The position numbers were made by a program, and so were the translations under genes. A DNA stretch of 64,000 nt. Origin: Amoebidium appalachense. Taxonomy: Eukaryota; Protista; Ichthyosporea. The notes beneath the pieces are model-generated. The model did not search any database. It saw only the letters and a list, made by a program, of their open reading frames with translations, and was not told where the DNA came from. How positions within the stretch are numbered: position 1 is the first letter of the stretch; each line of letters opens with the position of its first letter. The DNA lies in contig CAVNZM010000006.1 of assembly GCA_963693365.1 (NCBI GenBank), positions 7,977,264 through 8,041,263 on the forward strand. The letters are read 5' to 3'. Below are positions 19,970 through 32,148 of this stretch, in pieces.

Positions 19970-20006
<37 letters not shown>

Positions 20007-22163
20007 CCCCGCCCCTTCCCCAGACACATGCCTACCCTTCTACCTAGCCTGAACCACGTCCATCCCTTTCCCTCCCAGCCTCCCCCCTCCGTCCTACCCC
20101 CCCCCCCCTCCCCCCCCCCCAAACACCCACCGACCCGTTGAGCATTGCTGGCCTTTTTGTGTGTGTGAACCGCTTTAGATACAATGCTTGTTTTTCTTTC
20201 AAGATCTCAAGTACACGTTTGTGGATCTGACGGAATCAATTTATTCAAAAACAGGAGACTGGACCCGACGGCCAGCCTAAAATCGGTAAGTAATCGCGTG
20301 GAGCCATGAACATCTGTTGCATTGGTTGCAGAGTGCACTGAACGACGCGCTTGCCCAAACAGATTCACACACCACACCGGGGAGGGGGGGAGGGGGGGGG
20401 GGGGCGGGCGGGCAAGGAGGGTGGAGGCTGGGGAAAGAGGCGGGGGGAGAGGGGGGGAGGGGGGAGGGGGGAGGGAGGGGGAAGGGGGAGAGGGGGAGGA
20501 GGGAGATAAACAGTAAGAGAGAGATCAAGAGGGAGTGGGACTCTTACGGCATCCTAAGGGGTCAGCGCTGGACTTTCTAAGCCAATGACTCTGAAGGTTT
20601 TGTACCCGAACATTCACATCATTCCGGAAAGCTGGGGCATTTTCCCATTTAAACAAGGCATTAAACTGTCAAGGTAATAACCCATTAGCGTGCAGGTATT
20701 AACCCATTATTGTGCAGGTATTACACCGCAGGAGTGTGTGGCTGCTTTCCGGAAGGTGACAGACGGGGAGATATGTGTGCGGCCACATAGGCGGTGCTGG
20801 GGGGGGCAGCCAGACACGTACGTGTTCATTCTTTGTTCTATGTTTGTGAGCAAAAATAGGTGGAGAGAGAAGGGGTGGTGGTAGGGGGGCTGGTGGTGGT
20901 GGCGGCGATGGAGATGTTAGTGACGGTGTGGATGTGTGGGTGGGTGGGTGGGGGCCACTGGGGGTTGGAGGGGGGGATAGGGGGAGAGAGGAAGTTAGGA
21001 GGAGCTGTTCCCTTTGATCCTCCTTTTTTTTTTTTTCCCTCCCCCCCCCCCCCCCCCCCACCCCCACCCCCCTTGCCCCCCTAGTTCTTTTGTGTCTACT
21101 GTGAGTGAGTTTGTGTGCGCAATCATCACATCTGTATCCTAAGATCTTGTCGGCAGGCTCAACTCTGTGCCGTATTACGGCCACGCACGGCTACTGCAAA
21201 AGGGAACGGTGACTGGCCAGCACAAGCAAGACCTGCACACGGTACGTGCGACACTGTTTCTTAGAAGTCTTTTTTGCAAAAGAAACTACCGAGAATTTGA
21301 AGTTGCTTTGTATGCTTGTCCTATCATTAGCTGACCTTTATCCTCATTATGCCGCGAAGAGAAAAAGACATCAGGCGCCTTGATAGCTCAGTTGGGAGAG
21401 CGTTAGACTGAAGATCTAAAGGTCCCGTGTTCAATCCACGGTCGGGGCATTTCTTTTTCTTCTCTTGACCTTTTTTTCTTTTTTTTTTTCTTTTTTTTTT
21501 TTTTTTTTGGCTTTTGCGCTTCCTTCTGTGCACGTTGGAGTTATGATTTTTCCTTGTAGAAGATCGTTTTCTATTTGTAGTACTCCAACAAAAAGTGTCG
21601 GAGGGCGAGGAAAAAGGCAACTTATTATGATAGCAATACAAGTCGTTAATAAACGACCCCCCCCCCCCCCCCCCCCCCCCCCTCTAGGCGGTCGCGACAA
21701 TAAATGTATATGCGCGGCAAGCCAACGGAAGCAAAGCAGTCACATGTCACTTCCGCTTTTGGTATATCTCGTTGGATTTCCGGTGGCGCTATCTAATCGA
21801 CTATCTCATTGTGTCTATGGCAACTGTGCTATATACCCATTCTTAGCTCTGTCTGACGCCCCGATCGAAATTAAATCCATTATTAAAAAAAACTACAAAC
21901 TATTTGCTCCCGATATCCCTATATTCCTACACGTCATACGCCTCCCCTTAGAAAACATTCTCTCCCAGCTTCTCTCTTTCCCATCGCTTATTGTATGGTA
22001 TTTATTTTGGCCACAGGGCCATCGGAGGACGTTAGACTCTATTTGGTTCCAAAAAGTCAGGCTGGCCTGACATGCGATCGGATAAAGATTAAACGAAAGT
22101 TGGTAAAATGGACTGAGTTGGGCAGTCTTACCGGCATATATATATATATACTATATATATATA

Positions 22164-22243
<80 letters not shown>

Positions 22244-22668
22244 GAAAATAATTGTCGAAACTAAGGGTTTTTTGGGACTGGCACGCCACGACTGCTCTAT
22301 TTGGGATTGTTATAATGTTTCGAGGTGATTTCACTATGAGAACCCCAATAGCCAAATACATCAGATTGCATATCAGGTTGAGAGTATCATGGATCAATGC
22401 CATAAATTCACTGACATTCCAAACATACTTAATACAGGTCGAGGAGGACCAATGGGAGCTCAAGTATGCATTCTTCTTTGCGTACAACGGCAGCGTTTTA
22501 ACTACGGCCCTGCACGCCGTGGGGCTGAAGGTAAGCATCCAGAAAAAAAAACTTGTGTTAATATTTGAAATCAAGACAGGAGAGTGATTTAGTTGTGCTT
22601 GTGGTATAAGAGAATGAAAGGGAAGGCGTCTGGAGAGGGAACGGTATAAGTGATGGCTTCATTTATTC

Positions 22669-22703
<35 letters not shown>

Positions 22704-22783
22704 CGCCCCACCACCACCTCCCCCACCCTCTATCTACCCCAACCCCCACCCCAAACACCACCACACAAACACACCGCGCGCGT

Positions 22784-22863
<80 letters not shown>

Positions 22864-23512
22864 ACATGCACGCGCACACGCACACACACACACAGGCATG
22901 CGCGCGCTCGCCCGCGTTTCCACGACATTGTTCCCCTCCCCCGACCTGCGCGCGCAATTACACCTTAAACCCGAACAGTTCTGTATACACACTTGCAAAG
23001 TGCCGTTGAGCTTTGAAAAGGGGGGGTTTAAGGGGTTGGGCAGAAACTTACCGTCTATGAGTCTATTATCGTCCAAATCACCGACTGTTTGGTTTTTGAG
23101 CCACTGTCTTTCCGTGTTTTTGGACTCGAGGGTTTTGAGCACCTTGCGCAAATCATGCACCTAGAAACCCCCCCCCCCCCCCCCCCCCAATCGTTAGTAT
23201 TTTCACGCAAATTTCACTTGGACACGGGTGGTTTTGTTGGAACCCACCCTTCCGGCCCAGAATCCCCAAAATGTGTCACCGCGCGCGTTTCCATGACATT
23301 GTTCCCCGCCCCCGACCTTTTATTGGTTTATCGTAATATCCAATCACGGCAATCGTTTTCAAAATATTTATTTATCATGTTTACTATTAAATTTAAATGC
23401 AGGCCGGGCGGCACGAAGGGGACATTGAGCACATAACGGTGATGGTGGACAAAGCCACAGAGAAGATAGCGAGGGTGTGGTATGACCGCCATGCTACTGA
23501 AGGTAGGTGGAA

Positions 23513-23591
<79 letters not shown>

Positions 23592-23636
23592 GCACGCACG
23601 CACGCACACACGCACACACGCACGCACGCACGCTCG

Positions 23637-23670
<34 letters not shown>

Positions 23671-24108
23671 TACGCACACTCATATACATGTTGGATTTAC
23701 GCTTTCTGCTCGAGACACAGAGTCCATATCCGGTTTTACAGCAGTGGTTAGATAAAACCCGAAGCAAATTCATTTCACCTTAATGCTCTAATACTAGTTT
23801 CTTTCTTTACCCAGGCAGCAAGGTAGGGCAAGCCACATTTACAAACAGGAAGAATAAAGGTGCAGATAAACGAAAATATACACACGTGCACACTGACCCC
23901 ACAGATACCCACACCGACAACCTCTCCTCCCCTCTCCACACACAAATACGCTGCCTTCCCCAACCCTCCCCCCCTCCCCCCCCCCCCCCCCCCCCCCCCC
24001 GCGCCCCCACACAGACACCTTAAATCTTCCCCCCCATCACAAACACACACACACACATCAAATCCTCCCCCCCCCCCCCTCCTTCCCCCCCAAACACGCA
24101 CACACATT

Positions 24109-24139
<31 letters not shown>

Positions 24140-24781
24140 CGCACACACACACACACACTAAATCCCCCCCCTCCCCCTTCCCCTTCCACACACACACACA
24201 CACAGGGAGGTGGAGAGATGCCTCACGCTGTGAGATAGTGGACGGCACACGACCAGTCGTTTACTGTTCGGCAAATTCCCACGCATCATATCCAACCCCG
24301 GGGAGAACGTTTCGAATACTAGGGGTGTGCGAGGATAGACATAGAGGTAGGGTGTCCTATCTAATGTGTGATTTAAATTCTATTTGTTTTAGTTTTTATT
24401 TTGTCTCTAATTCCCACGCATCATATCCAACCCCGGGGAGAACGTTCAGAATACTAGGAATGTGTGAGGACAGGCGTAGAGATAGGTTGTCCTTTTTATG
24501 TATGTTAAAAGAGTTTAGTTTATTATAATACTTAATCTGTTACAAGATTCCCAATATTGGTTATAAAAAACTTGGTAAAAAATGAGGCGTTCCTTTTCTA
24601 CGCTTTTTTATTTTTTGTTATTTGATTTGTATCCCCGCAGGAAGTCCTCAACTGATGCGACCACACGCAAACATGCTCACACGTGCCCAAGTTCTCACAC
24701 CTTATGCACTCAAATCTCCACATACACAACCCGTTTTGTGCACATGTATTCACTCATCCCTATTTGTGTCCCTTTGCTCCA

Positions 24782-24826
<45 letters not shown>

Positions 24827-25347
24827 ACACCACCACCACCACCACCTTCACCACTACCAATTTGATAAAGTACCCACTCAATCTCGCACGCCTACATTCC
24901 CTCCTGATTCCCACATATATTACACCGAAAAAACAAACAAAGGCTGCTGTATCAAAAGCATAATTATTATAACTCGGTGAAATTGTGAGCAAGTAAAAGA
25001 CGCTTTCACCTGACACCCACTTGTTTAGTAAGGGGCACCGGGAGCACGTGAAATTCGGAATACTTGGTTTGCTGGGGGAAGGGGGGGGGGGGGGAGGGGA
25101 GAGAGAAAGGGCGGAAGGTGGGGGGGGGGGGGAGGAGGGGGGAGATATGGAAACCGAAGGGGGGGAGGGTTGGGGAGGGGAAGGGTTGGGGTATTGGGGG
25201 GGGGGCGGGGGGAGGGGGGGGGGGGGGGGGGGAGTCCACTCAGGCACACATGGGTGGGGGGTAGTGGGAGAGAAAGGGGGAAGGAAGGGGGGGGGGAAGG
25301 AAGGGGGAGGAACGGGGGTGGGGGGGAAGAACACAGACATACACACT

Positions 25348-25389
<42 letters not shown>

Positions 25390-26916
25390 TATCACAGGAA
25401 CCGCAAAGGGAGGGAGGGGGGGGGGGAGGGGGGGAGGGAGGGGAGGTTGGGGAGGGGGGCAGGCACACACATTCACACCCACACTCACCAACTCCCCCTC
25501 CCCCCCCCCCCCCCCCCCTCCACCCTCCCCATTCCCACGTGGGGGATGTATGATCATAGGTCGGGGCAAGGTTTGGATGGCTGATAGAGTGGTGCCAGTC
25601 ATGCAGGAAGACCATCTGGTGAAGGTGATTGGCTAATTATCATCCCTCCCTCCCCCCCCCCCCCCCCCCCCCCCCCCCTCCCCCTGTGGATGACGAGGCT
25701 CCCCGGGGATGGGCTCTGCTTGGTGTTTTCTTGGCACTCTGCATTGTGTTGTGTCCGTCATGAATGTATATTTCGTACTCTATAATGCATTCTAAACCTC
25801 TTCCTCTCCTTCCCCCCCCCCCCCCCCCTCCCCTCCCTCTCCCCCCCCCCCCAAAACCTCCCATGCAATTTTACTCTAACAACTGCTCCACTCCTCCGAA
25901 TATGGATGCAGGTTTTCCAACATAAGTGAATCCTTTTCCCCCCATCTGCCCGCCCCCTCCCCCCGCTGCCTCCCAAACACAGAAAGTCATGCACACGCAA
26001 GCACTGGCCCCCTCCCCCCGTCCCCCCTCCCTTCACTTCCCTTGCTCCCTGCAAACTAGTTTTGGTTTCTGTTTAACCTCTTCGGGCCGGCACTAATTGA
26101 TTTGGTCGGGACCCGACCTGCTCTAAGCAGCTCTATTGCAGCCCAAATTCGATAGAAAAGGCTCAAAAAAGTGGATATATCGACAGGTATATATCTCAAC
26201 TACTTCTGTTTCTAGGTTGGTTTGGGAAAAAATACCGCTATTTCGTATACTTTTGTATCTGTTTTTGAAGTCGCTGTCGAGATTCTGAGAAAATTTTGGA
26301 GCTGCGTCGAATGTGACTGAGCCGACCAATCATATTCTGCCATTCACATATTGGTCCAATCAGAAGGTTGCATTGACGACACTAGGGTGTCGTCAAGCCG
26401 GCAAGCACCCCTCGTCTTTGCCTCGAGTAAACAGCGTAAACCCCCTAATTACATATATGCAAGGTTTCATGTGCTAACACATAATCCATTTTTTTTTTCT
26501 TGCATAAAACGAAGGGCGAACGTGTATTTTAGTCTCGTGCAAATTTTACTTGGCTAGTTCTTATCAACTTCATGCTCACATTAGAGCACAAACTTGGTCA
26601 TGTCAAAACGCGGCACCTCGATCTTGGTTTTTGGGATATTTGCCGGTATGAACAGGTTAATGCCTTTCGTGTTTTTATCAAACACTTTGGTTTCCACGTT
26701 TACCACCCACTCAGGCATGTATCTCCCCCTCCCCCCTCCCCCCCCCCCCCCCCCCCACCCCCCCCCTCCCCCCCACAAAAGGCATTTTTCTTTTCTCTGC
26801 TTGCTCACGAGTGAATAAATTTCCTCGTGTTCACAAACCTGTGTTCTACGCTACAGACTAATCAATGCTTCATTCCCTCATGCACCACCAACCCCAAGGC
26901 ACACACGCACACACAC

Positions 26917-26976
<60 letters not shown>

Positions 26977-27063
26977 CTACACCACACGGAGTGGATGGAG
27001 TTAACATGTCGATGGGGTTATCCGGATGGGCCCCAAGCCCTCGGGGGTAAACGATGGATGTAA
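19308..27063 (+). CDS. Vps62-like (DUF946-type) protein
   Basis: Exons 19308-19499 ([25 protein letters not shown]), 20255-20285, 20718-20817, 21157-21241, 22438-22530 ([12 protein letters not shown]), 23403-23502 ([12 protein letters not shown]...RVWYDRH), 24206-24346 ([18 protein letters not shown]), 25560-25624 (GKVW), 26977-27063 ([23 protein letters not shown]). Phases are consistent throughout and the motif order is typical of Vps62. Confidence 0.88.
21377..21449 (+). tRNA. tRNA-Phe: tRNA-Phe (GAA), nested in intron 4 of the Vps62-like gene
   Basis: GCCTTGA/TCGGGGC acceptor stem, D arm TAGCTCAGTTGGGAGAGC, anticodon arm TTAGA-CTGAAGA-TCTAA, T arm CCGTG-TTCAATC-CACGG. 73 nt, followed by an oligo-T Pol III terminator. 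Confidence 0.95.
23052..23160 (-). pseudogene. Orphan exon of a VWA8 (KIAA0564)-like gene, antisense inside a Vps62-like intron
   Basis: ttctag|[37 protein letters not shown]|gtaagt. The peptide resembles the conserved VWA8 segment just before its VWA domain (recalled as VHSLRIILDNLQAKGKERQWLRHQATGELDDAKIIDG). No other VWA8 exon recognised in the window. Confidence 0.75.
25684..25800 (+). repeat. Repeat family A, 3' fragment in Vps62-like intron
   Basis: ctgtggatgac...ggatgggctctgctt...gcactctgcattgtgttgtgtccgt...ttcgtactctataatgcattctaaacc matches the 3' half of the long copies. Confidence 0.75.
26077..26656. mobile_element. Degenerate non-autonomous piggyBac-like element (TTAA target site)
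   Basis: TTAA (26073-26076) then CCTCTTCGGGCCGGCA ... TGCCGGTATGAACAGG then TTAA (26657-26660). The imperfect terminal inverted repeats match at 12 of 16 positions. The interior is unique, microsatellite-free and has no transposase ORF. Confidence 0.55.
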
Positions 27064-27106
27064 ATGCTCCCCCCCCCCCCCCCCCCCCTCTTACCCCCAT
27101 TGCCTC

Positions 27107-27211
<105 letters not shown>

Positions 27212-27240
27212 CTCTCTCTCTCCATCTCTCTCTCTCTTTC

Positions 27241-27291
<51 letters not shown>

Positions 27292-27525
27292 GCCTGTCTG
27301 TCTGTCTGTCTGTCTCTCCTCTCTCTCTCGCTCTCGCTCTCGTTTTCTTTCACACACACCCACACACACCCACAACACACACACACACACACACCCACAC
27401 ACACACACACACGCACACGCACACACACGCACACGCACACACACACACACCTCACTCTCTCTCTCCCCCTACCCCCCCCCCCCCCTCTCCCCCCCCTTTT
27501 CCCCAGACCCCACGCCCACTTCTCC

Positions 27526-27559
<34 letters not shown>

Positions 27560-27948
27560 CCCCCCAACACACGAACACCCATACGGCTTTCATCGTGTAT
27601 TTTTTGCCTGCACGTCTTACGATTTCGTTTTTTTTTTTTTTTTTTTTTTTTTTTTTGGTTAGTTGTTTTCCGTGAGTCAAATTTTGTGATCTTTAAATGT
27701 CTTTTTCTCACGGTTGTTCCCATTAAGTGCATACTTGCCTCCCGCCCCCCCCCTCCCCCCCCCCCCCCCTTCCCCGTCTTCGCTCCCCTCCCCCCCCTCC
27801 CCTCCCCTCCCCCCACTCCCCTCCCCTCCCCCCTCCCCTCACCTCCTCTGCCTCCCCTCCCCCTCCCCCCCCCCTCCACCCACCCACCCACCCAACCACC
27901 CACCCACGCACCCGCCCTTACACACACACATGCGCACACACACACATG

Positions 27949-28105
<157 letters not shown>

Positions 28106-29381
28106 CGAACATGCACACATCTTCAAGGTGTTTTCTTCGTTCAATCATCACCCCCCGTCCCTTTTTTCTGATGTTCACGCTTGATTCTATTCTCTCCATT
28201 CTCGCCTATGCAATACCTACGCAACAAGCAACGCTTTTCGCAATCATCTTTCCTCCCGGGACCCACCCTCCCCCTCCCCTCCCCCCTCCCCCCCTCCCCC
28301 CCCCCCCCCCCCCCCCCCCCCCAATCTTCCATTTGCTCATATTCACACCTGCATCGTGGCAGACACACCGACACACACAAATACACACACAAATACACAT
28401 AAAAAAACACACACACAAATACACTCACAAATACACTCACAAATACACGCACACAAATACACACACAAACACATACACATGCTCTCTTCCGCGCATAAAC
28501 ACGCTCTTTCAAACACAAACTGACACCACACCCGCGCGTTCGAGAATGTACTCCGCGCGCGCCTGCACGTGTGTGCATGCACACACACGGGGCTTTGTGT
28601 AGACCTGCCATGATCTAACCTCCACATCCCTTCTTAGGTGTTCACTTTATTTTACTTAATTCATTATTTATTTACTTATTTATTATTTATTTAAGTTATT
28701 TTATTGTTTATTTCAGTTATTTATTTTTTGTTTATTTTTTATTTATTTATTTATTTATTTGCAGAAAACAAGAAGGGGAGTGGCAAACCTACAGCAAGGG
28801 AGGAGCCTGCATGCCCTTTCTTTAAAACCTCCCTCCCCCCCCCCCCCCCCCCCCTCTCCTTCCCCCCCCCCCCCCCTCCCCCCCTCCCCCCTGCCTTCTC
28901 CTCCTCCCCCCCACACCTCCCCCCCCTTCCCCCCCCCCCCCCCCCCCTCCTCCAGCAGAGAGGCTCGTTCTCTTCCCCCCTCCCCTCTTCCCTCCTCCTC
29001 TCCTCCCCTCCCAGCCCACACCACCCCTGCTCACCCCCCCTAACCACTCACTCTTCCCCTCCTCCTCTCCTTCACCAAGATTTATTTCTCTCACCTAGAC
29101 CCACTGATCATACGGAAGGTGTATAATTCTCTAAACAATGCACCTGGGGTTAGTATATACACACATTTCGAACGCTATGTAGAGCGCGCTGCTCCATAAG
29201 CAACCATTTTGGTTGGGTTTATCACCCTAGTGTATAATGCTGTGCTTTAACTGTGCTTAAAAGTTATCATAAAGAGAGTGTGTATGAATGCTTTTTTTTT
29301 CTTCCCATCGTTTCAGTTGTCTTCTTTCTATCCTGATCTTTCGTTTGGGTTTTTGTGTGGCGATGGTGGCACCCTTGGGGC

Positions 29382-29420
<39 letters not shown>

Positions 29421-30128
29421 GGGAGAGGGGGGGGGGGGGGGGGGGGGCGAGAAGACGGCACACGGGGATAACTATACATTCGTGTCGGATATTGTATGTA
29501 GAGTTAAACTGAATTTCAGTAATTATAGGAATCAGATACATAGAATATAGTTTTGAAATGATATGCGAGTTGTTATGTTTACTGTCATTTATGTTGATTG
29601 ATGGACTATAATGTTGGTATTCTCTTCTCATTCATATGAAGCCACATACCGAGATGTCAGCTGCATGATCTTGAATTAATTAGTTGACGGATTGGTGATC
29701 TGATCGGACCAATCACAAACCTGTATTTCCGTGCACTATAAATACTGGTGTTTAGTCGTACCATATAAGCCTCATATTATTGTTTTAGTAGCACAGTGGA
29801 TATCTGTAGGACTTCAAGCTAATGGAAGAAAACCCCTCTTAAACGTTTCCTGTTTACCCTGTAATAGTATATTAGTAAATTATTCTCGGTCACTTATTAG
29901 ATAATTAATAATTTGATGGTAAAAAGTGATTCTAGTTAGCGTTTTGATAATAAAAGTGATGGTAATTAACAGTTTAATGAAGGGTTACAGAAGCCACACA
30001 CCCCCTCCCTCCCCCCCCCAACCCCACGCACACACACACACACGCCCTCCCCCCCCCCCCCCCCCCTGCCCTCACGTGTGCGCGGGCTCACACACACACG
30101 TATGCACGCACGCGCGCACACCCACACA

Positions 30129-30183
<55 letters not shown>

Positions 30184-30210
30184 ACAGACACACACACACA
30201 CACACACATA

Positions 30211-30243
<33 letters not shown>

Positions 30244-30637
30244 GTACAGACACACACACACACACACACGCCACCACCACCATCACCACCTACTCAGCGT
30301 CCCCCCCCCCCCCCCCCCCATCTCGCCCCGCCCCTAAAAGGAGGAAAGGTCTGTACCGAGCTGATCTCCCTTAACCCTCAACTCCGTTTTCCGCTCTCTA
30401 TTCTGAACATTCACTTGAAGGTATTTATGGAGTGGGACCCGGAAATCTTTATAATCCCGTCACCGTGTGTGATATGCCTAGAAGTATCCAAAAAAAATTA
30501 GGGTCAAATTCAAGCTGGGAATTAACATACCCCAGGCACTACAGAACTCCCTACGACTGCCCGTATTTGTGGCGGCCAGTACGGTTGCCAAAACTCCCTT
30601 GGGGAGGGTGCACTTTTTATTTCCTCTTTTTTTTTGC

Positions 30638-30675
<38 letters not shown>

Positions 30676-30951
30676 GTGTGTGTGCACGCACGCGCGCGTG
30701 TGCTGGTGGTGGTGGTGGCGGCGGCGGTGGCGATGGTGGTGGTGGGGGGAGGGGGGGGGGGGGGGGGAGGGGGGAGGAGGAGGGTTGATCAATAGCAGTG
30801 TTGTATTTGTTGGCCTAAGGGTGACTCGTAGGTCTGGGTAAAAACACGCATGTGCATGTTCTTAGGTAGGTGTGTGTGCCTTCTCATACCGCATGGATGT
30901 GAGTAAGTAGTGTCCTCAGTGTGTGTACGTGTGTGTGCGTGTGTGTGCGTG

Positions 30952-30984
<33 letters not shown>

Positions 30985-31079
30985 CTGTGTCTGTGTATGG
31001 CTGTGTGCTTCCGTTTATCAATATTGTACTTGCTAATGCCGAGGTGTATGTATGTGTGGTGGTGGTGGGTGGGGAGGAG

Positions 31080-31239
31080 GGTGGGGGCGAGGGGGATGAG
31101 GGGGGGGAGGGGGGGGGGGGGAGGATCGGGGGAGAGAGAGGTGGGGAGAGTACGGCGGGGCCTGGGGAGGAAGGGGGGAGGGGGGGGGGGAGGGGGGGGG
31201 GGGGGGGGGGGGGGAGGGGGGGGGGGGAGGGGGGGGGAA

Positions 31240-31283
<44 letters not shown>

Positions 31284-31412
31284 GGGGGGGGGAGGGGAGG
31301 GGGAGGGGGGGAGGGGGGTGGGGGGGGGAGGGGGGGGGGAGGGGGAGGAGGGGAGGGGGGGGGGGGTGGGGGGGGCAGGGGTGGCCGGGAGGGCGGGGGG
31401 AGGGGGGGGGGG
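31080..31412 (+). repeat. Long G-rich homopolymeric tract (G-quadruplex-prone), representative of dozens of poly-G/poly-C tracts
   Basis: About 330 bp that is almost entirely G, with sparse A/T interruptions. Confidence 0.85.
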
Positions 31413-32148
31413 AGGTCGTGTTTTGCATCTGCACTACACGGCCGATGCTCCGCAGATGATTTTTTCACTTTTTACAGCTTTGATTGTTTTTGCTGTTCTA
31501 TTTCAGTATTACTTGTTTTGCAATGCCTTTATTGCACGAATACACACGGAATACCAGTGCTATGTATTTACATGAACTGATTAGAGGGAATATCCGCGAA
31601 ATTTCCACGAAATTGGCATGGCAATCAAAACTTTCTTACTGATCGTGCAAACCATGGTAAATAACACTTTGCCTTTAAAAATGAAACTGCTACTCTTCAG
31701 TTTTCAAAAATATTTTTACATTTACACACCGACATCATTAACATTATTTACATTCTCAACAATGCAGATCTTCTAGATCAGAGACACGGCAAGATTACCA
31801 TTCTCAGGCCCGATTTATGGGCTATCCCACGTATATCCAATTATTCTAGAGCTATTGCGGTATATTCCAAACTTCATCTGATATCGAGCGCTTTTAAGTA
31901 GAGGGCACTCTCTTTAAGGCACGTGCGTATAAAATCAACCAACATTAACAAAAGCTATCCGGAATATCCGAAATCTTTGCAATTTACACGTAACACGTGC
32001 ATGCTTATAAGGACCCGCCGAAAAGCTTTGTAAACTATAAAAAAATACCCTTGTTAATTGTTTAATAATTAACACTACAATAAAAACACCCCACGATTAA
32101 TAAATATAAAAACAGTGAAGTTTCTATTAGTCAGCCTAAAAGCTATAA

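Noticed and set aside
20205-20254. Apparent in-frame TGA in the second Vps62-like exon
   Set aside because: The acceptor at 20254, preceded by a CTGAC branch-like motif, excludes the TGA and preserves the frame.
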